Source: an uncultured virus (IMG/VR IMGVR_UViG_3300042503_001656) (taxonomy: Duplodnaviria > Heunggongvirae > Uroviricota > Caudoviricetes). From it: a DNA stretch of 56,036 bases. Shown in pieces: positions 42,210 through 53,300 of the stretch. Below the pieces are notes generated by a model. That model made no database searches and had not been told where the DNA came from. It saw only the letters and a program-made list of their open reading frames with translations. The position numbers and the translations under genes are program-made. The number at the start of each line of letters is the position of its first letter. The first letter of the stretch is position 1. The stretch is taken from the IMG/VR virus record IMGVR_UViG_3300042503_001656, positions 62,001 through 118,036 of that record; one strand, written 5' to 3'.

Positions 42210-44288
42210 ATGGCATGGAACGCTTCAACGAACAAGTCGCTGAATAATCAAGCACAAAAAGACATTGGACCTGGAGCACCAGTAGCCCAAAATCCCGGCT
42301 ATGCAGGCAAGCCGTACAGGGACTCCTGGGATATTGAGCGTGCCTATAGAGAAGGCATGCAGAAGGTTACATGGGTGTCTAGGTGTATCGATGCCATTGC
42401 TGGAAACCAGGCAAGACTGCCGATAATACTCAGAAAAGACAACTCACCTCATGGTGAAATTCTTTCAATCAGAGAGTCAAAAAAGACAAATCTTCTTAAT
42501 ATTCTAAACTCAAAGTCTAATGTTGGAGAAAACTCCTACATTTTTAGATACAGACTTTCTGCTCAGTTGATGCTTGGCACCAGGGGTGCTTTTATTGAAA
42601 AAGTAAGAGGACGAGACGGCGGAATAATTGGCCTCAACCTATTACCTCCTCAGTCAACCTCCCCAATACCAGACCCTAAAAAGTTTGTTTCTGGCTACGA
42701 AGTTCAAATGCCCACAGGAAACAAGGTCTACCTGAAGCCAGAAGACGTTTGCTGGGTGAGAAGACCTCACCCAATCGACCCATACTTGTCACTGACCCCA
42801 TTGGAGGCCTGTGGCGTTGCGATTGAAATAGAAAACCTGGCAAAGCTTTACAACAGAAACTACCTATTAAACGACGGTAGACCGGGTGGTTTGCTTGTTC
42901 TTCGTGGAGAAATCGACGACGACGACAAAGAAGAATTGAGAAGCCGTTTCCGTGGAAACCTTTCACGCGCTGGATATACCTCTGTAATCGCTTCCGACGA
43001 CGGTGTTGACTATGTTGACACTTCAGCAAACCCAAGAGACGCTGCGTACATACAGATGCGTCAAATAACAAAGGAGGAAATCCTTGCTTCATTTGGTGTT
43101 CCAGAGTCGGTTATCGGTAATGCTGCTGGTAGAACTTTTAGCAACGCTTCGGAAGAAATTCGTGTCTTTTGGATGGAGACGATGCTTCCCCATTTGGAGA
43201 TTCTTTCACGGGCTCTAGATGAACTAGATGAAGACAACTATGTTGACTTCAATGTTGACCAAGTGCCCATTTTGATGCTTTACGAGCAGGAGCGCCACCG
43301 CTACTTGATGGACGAATTCAACGCAGGTCTTATCAGCAATAACGAGTACAGAATAGGCTCAGGTCGCAAAGAAACAGAAAGCGACCTTGCTGACTCGCTC
43401 TTGGCTAATCCAAACCTTATTCCTATTGCAAATACGAAGAAGAAGATGGAAGAGCCTTCTCAGGCACAGGTTCCAGGGGCACCAGGACAGCCTGGGATGC
43501 CCGGAATGCCTCCAGGTGCACCCGGCATGCCTCCGATGCCAGGAATGCCTCCAGGACCGGAAGCACAGCCAGCACTTGACCCAAATACGATGGCTGGGGC
43601 AATGGCAGAAGTATCTGGAGCACAAGCAGGTGGAGAACTGGCACAATCTCCAATCCCAGGAATGCCTCCAGGAATGATGACCGGAGCAGAGCCAGTACCT
43701 CCTGGTGCTACCTCTGCTGAGTCGCCAACCATAATGACAAAAGACGCCCTCGAAGCAATTTCCCAAAAGCAAGAAATCGAAAGATGGGAAGAGATACTTG
43801 TCAGAAGCATGGAAAGAGTCATGGAAAGACAACAGCGTGTTGTTCTTGAGAAGTCAAGTGGAGCAAAAGCAAAGAAGGCTTTGTTTGCTGGAACCCTAGA
43901 TATCCCATCTGTGCTTCACTCAGAGACATGGGATAGGCAATTCGATGAGGACATCAGGCCGGTAATTACGGCCATAGTCAAAGAATCGTTAAAAGCTTCT
44001 ACATCAATCGAGAAAAAGTCCGCGAAAAGTTGGGAAGTAGAGTCTGACATCATTGCTCAAGTTGATTCTCAAATGTTACGAATCAAGAGCTTAAACCAGG
44101 ATTTGACAGAGGAAATTACTTCCCTCATGTTGTCTTCTCTGAATGTTTCTGACGAAGACCAGCGAGCTGGCGCTTTTAGGTCAAACATCGTGTCTTTGTA
44201 TACAAATGTGTTGGCAAAACGGCTTCCGGAGATAGCTAGCGAGGAATCTAGGCGTGCCTGGACTTACGGAAAATTCATCGCTAGATAG
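42210..44288 (+). CDS. Portal protein (HK97 family) with Pro/Met/Gly linker and C-terminal extension
   Basis: WVSRCIDAIAGNQARLP, GLNLLPP, LSLTPLEA, NDGRPGGLL, EILASFGVPESVIG, TFSNA. Confidence 0.92.
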   Translation: MAWNASTNKSLNNQAQKDIGPGAPVAQNPGYAGKPYRDSWDIERAYREGMQKVTWVSRCIDAIAGNQARLPIILRKDNSPHGEILSIRESKKTNLLNILNSKSNVGENSYIFRYRLSAQLMLGTRGAFIEKVRGRDGGIIGLNLLPPQSTSPIPDPKKFVSGYEVQMPTGNKVYLKPEDVCWVRRPHPIDPYLSLTPLEACGVAIEIENLAKLYNRNYLLNDGRPGGLLVLRGEIDDDDKEELRSRFRGNLSRAGYTSVIASDDGVDYVDTSANPRDAAYIQMRQITKEEILASFGVPESVIGNAAGRTFSNASEEIRVFWMETMLPHLEILSRALDELDEDNYVDFNVDQVPILMLYEQERHRYLMDEFNAGLISNNEYRIGSGRKETESDLADSLLANPNLIPIANTKKKMEEPSQAQVPGAPGQPGMPGMPPGAPGMPPMPGMPPGPEAQPALDPNTMAGAMAEVSGAQAGGELAQSPIPGMPPGMMTGAEPVPPGATSAESPTIMTKDALEAISQKQEIERWEEILVRSMERVMERQQRVVLEKSSGAKAKKALFAGTLDIPSVLHSETWDRQFDEDIRPVITAIVKESLKASTSIEKKSAKSWEVESDIIAQVDSQMLRIKSLNQDLTEEITSLMLSSLNVSDEDQRAGAFRSNIVSLYTNVLAKRLPEIASEESRRAWTYGKFIAR

Positions 44289-44309
44289 TTTTAGTATTTA
44301 GTTTTAGTA
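44286..44309 (+). repeat. 11-bp direct repeat TAGTTTTAGTA x2
   Basis: Copies at 44286-44296 and 44299-44309, between portal and polyprotein. Confidence 0.6.
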
Positions 44310-44386
44310 AACGACGCTAAAAACCTGAATACTTGCGGTTTCCATTGGTATTTTCGTTTATTATCGAAGAAGACACAAGGAGTCAC

Positions 44387-47300
44387 ATGTCCTCTTCTAA
44401 TAAAAAATCCGACATTCAGTACAAGGCTGCACCGCAAGGAATGGTGAATTTAGACGAGGCCCAAGGCATCGTCGAATGTTTTGTCGCTGGGATAGGCAAC
44501 AAAGACTCTGTTGGTGACGTTTGCGCACCAGGGGCTTTCGGCAAGAGTCTTACCAGAAGGAAGCCACGAGTCGTATGGGGACACAACTGGAACGACCCCA
44601 TTGGCAAGGTCATCGACATGTACGAGGTTCCACCCAACGACCCTCGTTTACCAGCAAAGATGAAGGCTGCAGGAATTGGCGGTCTTTATGCTCGCGTTCA
44701 ATTCAACCTTATGTCGGAAAAGGGTCGTGAGGCGTTTGCCAATGTTGCTTTCTTTGGTGAAGAGCAAGAGTGGTCTATTGGTTACAAAACAATCAATGCA
44801 AAATTTGACCCACAGATGCAAGCAAACATTCTTTATGAAGTAGAGCTTTATGAAGTGTCTCCAGTTCTTCATGGAGCAAACCAGCTGACAGGAACAATTT
44901 CAGTAAAGTCAGAAGAGCAGCCATCTGGCGTTTCAGTAATTAATGCACCAAGCATTGATGGGTTAAACGTAAATGAGCTTTCTTCTATTCTTGAAGCACT
45001 TAAGGCTATTTCTTCTTCCGTTTCAGAAGACGAAAAGTGTGGACCAGGAATGATGCCACAAGGAATGCCAGGAATGCCTTCTGGCGGACCAGGTATGCCT
45101 TCTGGGCCGAAGCCAATGCATACAAACACTCCTGGTGCAGCACCAAGAGAAGTTGTTAAACCACAAATTCCATCCATGCCAGAAAACCCAATGACCGTAG
45201 CGCTTCGCCGTGAACTCGCGACTCGCACTGGCTCAAATGTAATTGTGCGTTCAGCAAGTGACAGTGTCGTCGTTTTTGACAGGGTGCTGGCTGACGGAAC
45301 ATCAAGCACATACAGATTGCCTTTCCACTATGCCGGTGGAGAGTTTATGTTCGGCAAGCCAGAAAAAGTTCAGTCTCAAGCAAACTACGTCCAAGATTCT
45401 CCTTTGTCTGAAATCATGGTTGAAGCGCTTCTTTCTGGCCCCACTGCAGGCGCAGAAAAGTCTTTAATCTCTTTTGACGACCAAGAGTGGGGTGAAGGAT
45501 TTGGGCAATCAATTCCGTCACAGCAAGTTGATGCTTCAACTTTGAATAGCGTTATCGCTAATCTTCAAAAAATAATCGAGCAGAAATCTGAATATGTTGT
45601 TCAAGTTGCTCCAGAACATGCTTTTGAAGTAAAGCAAGCGATAGACCCAATTCTTGATTTCTACAAGGTTGACGCAACCATCAATGAAGATGGAATTGTT
45701 GTTAAGTCACTCAATGAAGACTTTTTGAACGCTCTTGACATCGCCACAAAAGGCGTATTACGCAGTCTTGGCAACCTTGCGGGTAGAGCAATAGACCGCC
45801 CTAATATTGGCAGAAACAGAAGAGACAGAACACCCAACCTTGCATCACGAGGCCCTGGAATTGGTTCACGAGGAGCGGTAGTAAGACTCCGTGATGGAAG
45901 CACGTGGGACCCAAAAAACGCACCGGATAGAAACCGTAATGGCATTGTAGGTGAAGGCCTCTTTGACAGTAGCGGAAGGTCGTTGGCACAGCCAGACCCA
46001 ACACCAGAGGGGCCAGATTCTATCCGGGGAGCAAAGACACCAAAGTCACCGCAGACCCCTAAAAGGCAGGCAGCGGCTGCCGCAAAAAGAAACGCTACTG
46101 TAAAAAGAACTTCTGGGCAGCCCCAGAAAGCAAGGCAGCGTCTTTCTTCAGGCGGAATTGACCAAGAAGTTGACGATACACCAATGCTTGAGGAGAAGTT
46201 CAAGAAGGAAGTCTCTGGCTTTTTGTCTGAAATAGGAACAAACCGTAATGAGATAGAAAACATTCTTGACCTGTGGGAAAACAACGATGCAGACCATGAC
46301 AAGTACATGGAAGAGCATGGAGCTGGTTCAAAAAACTTTGCTGAAAACGTGGCTTATGCAGCGTCAGCAATGTACGAAGACTACATCTCTGATGCGGGAG
46401 ATAGGCAGGCTGACCGTCGTGCCGAGGGAGGGCGTTTCTCGTCTGGCGAGTGGACAAAAATTCCTGGTGTTGGCTATGAGATGGATGCCCCAGACATTGA
46501 AGGTGTTTATGAAATACAGGAAGGCCTTGACGGGAAGTTCTATGTAGTCAGATACTCCGATGGCAACCGTAATGGTGGCCAAAACATGGGCATATATGAG
46601 CATGATAAGCCTTTCTCTACTCTTGCAGCAGCAAAGAAGTGGTCTGAAAAAGACTATGCGCAAGCAGCTGATGAATATATGCCAGATGGCATGGAGGATG
46701 CAGATTCAGAAGATGGCGAAAGGTTCTCTTCTGGTCAAATTGACTTCGACAAGATAGGCGAATCGGGCCTCAGAGAAATGCGCCATGTTGAGCGCAACCC
46801 TCTTAGATTTGATACACAGGCAGACAAAGATGCACGCGCTGCGTACGAACGGGTTGTAGCAAACTTTAGAGCAAACAACGGTTTCTTCCGTGAAGTACCT
46901 ATGTATGCAGGTGACAAAAAGTGGCACAGCGAAGACTGGTTCCGTGGCCGCGAGATGGCAGAAAACGTTGCCACCTTGCGATTTGGTGACCCAATTGACC
47001 AAATGCCGTTCTTCGATAAACCAGGCAAGCCATCAAAAAGAGAATTCTTCGAGAGAACTACAACTGTTGATTACAGGTCCTGGTACATGGCAAAAATTCC
47101 AGCCATGACGCAAGAGTTGGACAGAGTGCTTGCTTCCGACGCCTATTCAGATGAATACAAAGAAGCATTCCTAGAAGGAATGAGGACATTCTTCTACGTG
47201 AATAGGCCAAACCTTCAGTACGCTCCGAAAGATACACAGGCGCAGTATGAAGAATGGCTTCAGCGTTCAGGTCTCGGCTGGAAGGGTAGATACTCTACTT

Positions 47301-50300
47301 CTGGTCCAAAATTCGAAGACATGGAAACAAACAGATTTTCTTCTGGTGCTACAGGTAGAGATAACAAGGTAATTGAGTCTTACGAAAACGTTGACGACCT
47401 CAAAGAAGCAATGTTTAGTGCTCTCTGGGAAATGTCACTAAAGGGTGACATTGATGGTGTTACGGCAGAAGAACTTGCAGATGCGATTAGCGTAAATACG
47501 AACTGGGTAGAACCACATCTTGAAGATGTAAAGAATTACGCGCTTGATGCAAGAAGAAGTATGGATGAGTATTACTCTTCCATTCCTGAGCTAACCGACG
47601 AAGAGATGGACCAGGAATACAGGGACTGGCTGGATTCACAGGCTGGCAAAGACAGCGCTCGTGCCATGACTATTAAAGAAAAATTCGACAGCATGACCGA
47701 CGAAGAGGCAGCTGATTATGTTGCTTGGCTCGAAGAAGAGACATGGAGAGACAGAAGCGATACGTACTTCTCATCTGGAGAAAGAGGAACCCCTGAAGAG
47801 AGGGTAGAGCTCTATAACAGGAGAGCCTCTGAAAAGAATGCAATTCTTGAGTCCATGACACCAGAAGAGCTTGCAGAATATGCAGAGCAGTGGAATGAAG
47901 ACCATCGCGAAGATGAAAGATTCTCGTCTGGCCAAGTCAATAGACCGAAGTCAACAAAAACCGGAGAAGAGTTTATTGGCCGTAGCTACGGTCTTCATGA
48001 TTTTTTTGTTTACGACGAAGAAGACGATTTTGAGAATATTGACAAGGCGATTGTAGATTCACTTCTCAAAGGCGAAAGAATGTCCCTTGATGACCTTCTG
48101 CTTGAAGTGCGAGGCATCAATGACCCCGACCTCAGCGGAGAAGCACTGGTCCGCAGACCAGACCAAATGGGCGCAAACGCAAGACGCGTTGCTGAAGCTG
48201 TTGCAAACAATACATCCGTTAGTCCATCGTTGGCCAACCAGAAGGCTGGAAGGGAAGACATACTTCACTTTAGTTACAATGGTAAACAGCGTTCTATATA
48301 CCCAGAGACTTTTTCAACAAGCAAAAAGGGTGTTGGCTATTTTGTTGGCTGGGACGAAACCGCAGATAACGGCAATGGCGCATATAGAAGTTTCAATATA
48401 GACAAAATAGAAGGCCTTATATCTAGCGCAATACCTCCACATGTAGACAGGGCAGCAAGGTATACAGATTATTCATGGAACATAACTGACTTCTCTGATG
48501 AAGATAATCAAAAAATTCTTGAACAGATGCGACGTACTAAAGAGTTCAGGGTTCTTGATGACGCGCAAGACCTGATAGACGATGAGGTGAGCGCAGGAGG
48601 CACAAGAGTTGCAGGCTCGACTCTTGATATTGCGGAAAAAGAAGCCCAAGCAGCTTTCCAAGATGCTCGCAATAGACAAATTGACAAGATGGTTGCCGAC
48701 GGCAAAATTAAGCCGCTATCAAGAGATAGTAGATTCTCTTCAGGAATGGTTAACGACGGTCTTCCAGACGGATACTGGGACACCGCAGACGACATGGCAG
48801 ATTCTTATGGCGACAGAGAAGACTACACAGACGCAAGGTTCTCCTCTGGTGGAATGCCAAGCACTAAAGAGCAAGCAGACCTAATAGCTTTTGCTAGGTC
48901 AAAGCCTGGCACTTTTACAGACAGTGTTGTTTCTCAATTTGACAGAAACAGAAGACTGTCAGAAAAGCAATGGGACGCAATACGTAGAATGATGCGCGGT
49001 GCATCTGGTGGTAAGGCTGCTCCAAAAGCAGATAAGCCAACTGCTCGTTTTTCTGGAAAGCGTCGTCAAATTGTAGATATTGCCGATATTGAAAAGTATG
49101 ACTACCCAGAGCTTCCTGCAAAGATAAAGCCAACACCAGAACAAGACAGAGCTATCGATGCGATGATGACTGGTGCAGACGTAAAGATTGGTGCTTTAGC
49201 AGCAACAGGCAAGACGACAACTGTCATTAACTTTGCCAACCGCCTCAAGGCTAAAGAACCAGACGCAAGGGTTGTCTATCTCGTGTTTAACAGAAACGCA
49301 AAAGACGACGTAGAAAAGCGTGGAATGCCAGGAAACGTTTCTGTCTCAACGATGGACGGAATTGCTTACAGAGCAATGGACGCTATCAACCCAGAAATGA
49401 CCAAGAAGAGCTTTGACAAAAAAGAGGGCCACATAAAGCCAATCAACTCTTTCAAAGATAGAGCTAAGTATCTTGGTACAAAGGGAATGGTTTCCCAAGG
49501 CGAAGAATTGACCGATGTTGATGTTTATAGAATTGTAGCTAAAGCGATAGATGCATATTCAATAAGCGACGACAAGGAAATTGGACCACAACACTTTACT
49601 GGCCCATACAACGGTTCATACAAGGTGACAGACACTTCATTGCTTCCCGAGTTGCTTAAGTATGCAAACAAGATGTGGGAAGACATGAATCTTCCTAGAG
49701 TCAATGGTGCCACCAGGAAAGACCAAAAAGGAATGCTTCCTGTAAACAACACACATCTAACAAAGATGTGGGCATTGACAAATCCAGACATAGGCGAAAT
49801 TGCTGAAGTCAATGTAGCAATGGTTGACGAAGCTCAAGACATGAACCCAGTTTTTGCTGGAATATTGAGGAACTCAAACCTTCAGAAAATCTACATTGGT
49901 GACACAAACCAGGCAATTAACGCATGGCGTGGAGCAGACGGAACAACGCTTGCAAATGTAGAAGCAACATACGACATGCCAATTACTGATTCGTTCAGAT
50001 TCGGCAAGAACGTAGCGAACATGGGCAACAGATTCCTTTCGCTTCTCAATACAAAAGAGCGCATGACCGGAAGAAAGACAGACAAGTCTGGAAATCCTGT
50101 TGACGGAAGAATTGGACAGGTTGATAACCCAACAATGATTTTGACACGCTCTAATGGCGGAGCCATCGCTGCAACCATGGAAGTGTTTGCAGATGGTGGA
50201 ATTGTTTACGGAAGCCAAAACTTCAAGAGAGATTTGGAGAACTTCTTAAACAACATCGAATGGATGCAGAATGCCCAAAAGGGCAAACCGTTCTATACAG

Positions 50301-53300
50301 ACGTATATGGAAAGCAAGTATTTTCAGCTCCTGAGTTCAGTCAAGACCTTGACGGAATTACAAACATTGCAGACTTCAATAAGGCTATTGAAAAGGGCGA
50401 TGACAACAGACTAAACATGCTTTCTAAGCTGATGAACGATTACTCGCTTGAAGACTTGAGAGAATCTCTCAACAACATCATTACAGACAAAAACAAGCTT
50501 CCAAAAAATCGTGATGAGTATGTTCACATTCAGACAGCCCACACATCCAAGGGTCTTGAGTCGCCACGAGTCAAGATTTGGTCAGACTTTAGAAAGCCAA
50601 AGAAGCTTGAGAACGGTGAATGGCAATACCCTGATGAGCAGGAGATGAGGCTTTCTTATGTTGCCGTAACAAGAGCAGAGGAAGAACTTGACCTTGGTTC
50701 ACTTAGTTGGATTCTTGACCACACAACAGAAGAAGACGGTATGCCAAATACTTTCTCTTCTGGAAGAAGCAAAGCAAGAGGCAACAGGGGTGATGGCAAG
50801 GGAAGACAAAAACCATGGTCGGCAGAAGATAGGCAAAGATTTGCGGACAGGGACATTCTTCGTTCACAAACACGCCCAGGAAAGCGTCGTCCAGGTCCTT
50901 CAGCAAACGAATTCTCGTCTGGTGCTGAATTTGATTTCACTCCAGAAGAGCTCAATAGGTGGCAAAAAGCTAGCGAACATGCCAGCGCATATGGCGATTG
51001 GGAAAATCTTCCAGAAAACAGAAAAAACGGATATCTTCGTAAATTTAACGGAGATGAAAATCTTGCTCGCGAGCAATTTAACGTGGAAAGAGATTTGGCA
51101 GACTTTGCTGCAGATGCACAATTCGACAAAACAAATTCACGATTCTCTTCTGGAGGCCGTTTCGCACCACAACCGCAAGCACCAGAGGGCTGGGAAATGC
51201 CAGAAATTGGTGATGACGGCGAAATAAAGAATGGACCGCTTAAGGGTTACTACATTCGTGAATTCGGTGACCCTTTTGTACCAGGAAGAAAGTACGTAAG
51301 CTATGGTGGCACACACTACAGCACTACCGATGAGCACAAAAATACCCTAGTTGAATGGGGTGACTACGAGCCTGGCTACACCATCGACAGAAACATAGGC
51401 TCTGACGAAGACATTAGGGGTATTGCTGACTCTTCCGAGCAAGAAGAAATGGCGCAGTATGGCGACGAAGGTTTGTACTATGGCAATAGTTCACGTGGGC
51501 GATACGACCCTCAAAATGATTATGAAACTTCAGTAACCGACGACTCCCATTCACCAGAAAACGGTGAAGACCACATCGGTAAAGCCGTATCCGTAACGGA
51601 TGAAAATGGAAACAAATTCTACGGTGTAGTTGTTAGAGGTTGGGAACCGGAATACGAAGAAGACTTAGATGTTGATGAGGATGGGTGGGCAACCCCGAGC
51701 ATGAACATACAAGACGGTGGCATGGTAGTTCTCGCTACTCATGATGCTGACGGCAAAAAACTTGATAAACCAGTAGTTGTTGAGGCAAGTTTTGGTCTTG
51801 AAAATGAATACGCCCTCGTATCAAATGTTGAGAGAGGTGGAGACGATTACGAAGGGCCAAAGGTCAATGTATCAAAAGGCCGTGTAAGTGAAGAAACCCT
51901 TGACGAAGCCAAAAAGCTTTATGAAGAACTGGACCCATATAGAAATGGTAAAGCCGACGAGTTCAGGCGTCAAGGAGCCTTGATAGATAGAACATGGAGA
52001 ATGCCGGGAGGCGAAAAAGAGCGCAGGGAAAAAGCTGCCGAAGAAGCTTACAGAAGAAGCCCTGAAGGAATACAAGAGCAAAGAGAAAAGCTAGAAGCAT
52101 CCATATCGGCTATAGAAGACAAGATAAGAAGCGCGGAGTCTTCTCGTGAATCTCTCATGGAGAGGCTGAACGACGTTTCTGAAAGTGGAGACAATGTCCT
52201 TGCTTCAAAAATGGAAGAAATATTAAGAGACAGAGAGGGAGCGGTACGACTCCTCCAAGAAAAACTTGAAGAAGCAAAAGCTGAACTAGATGCTTTTAAT
52301 GGCGAAGGAAACAGGCTTTCTTCTGGAAGATTTGCGCCTGATGGACAATCGGGTTCAAGGCTTCAAAGAAGACTTTCTTCTGGCGATGTTTTTGGCCCAC
52401 CACCAGGACAGTCGGCAAGATATGACCGCAAGAAGCAAGTCGAAGCAACGATGGGTGCATTCCACTCTGACCCAGGAATGGCTCGTGTATCTAGCGACGC
52501 AGAAGGCATTTTAGGAAAGATACCTTCTGGCAAGAACTCGCATGTTCTTAACCTAGAAGCAGCAAAGAGAATAATTGCAGACCCTGACGGTGAGTATTCA
52601 GCAGAAACTGGATGGCCAGTTGATGCCGGAAGACTGCTTGATTTTATTCAAATTGATAACCCTCTTGGTGGAAGCCCAAGCACTCTTCGTGACAAAGACG
52701 ACGCACAACTTATTGCAAGGGTTTTGGGTATACCAGCATCGGACGCTCAAGACATGCTTGATGGGAAGCCTGTATACATTGCCAGCTCAACTGCGGCTGA
52801 CATGTTTGACAACCTTTCAAGAACAAAAGAGTACACATCAAGCGTTGGTGGATTAAACGACGTAGCGAGAGTTTGGGGATTTGATGGCGCTCCAAAGTGG
52901 GTGCGTCATAGCGACATTGCTACCCCCGAGTTTGACCTCGATGAAAACGACAGAGTTAACTGGTCGCAGGTTAAATGGGATGGCCTCTCAAGGGCTGACT
53001 TTGATGCAGCAGTAAGAAGAGGGAACAACCCACCAGAACCCGTATACACATCTCCTGTTGAGTTTTTCAATAGTGATGCAATCGCCAGCAACCCCAAGTG
53101 GGACGCTCGTGGTGGCTCATTCAGGAACCCAACAGTCGATGCTGAGTTCACTGCAACACCAAAGAAGGTTTCCAGAGCCGAACAGTTGGAGCCAGAAAGA
53201 TTTGTTTCTCAGGCAAGAGCTGGAGAAAGGGTTGCGCGCGCTGACAAAGATTTTATGGACGAATGGACCAACGGAAGTCATGGAATTGGTGCAGCACAGC

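Noticed and set aside
44900..45720. K-S(L) sites (VKSEE, EKSLI, QKSEY, VKSLN) resembling the HK97 capsid Lys-Ser cleavage site
   Set aside because: Too short to distinguish from chance by eye. Kept only as an alternative: if these are the S78 sites, RFSSG may be cut by another protease or serve as a binding motif.
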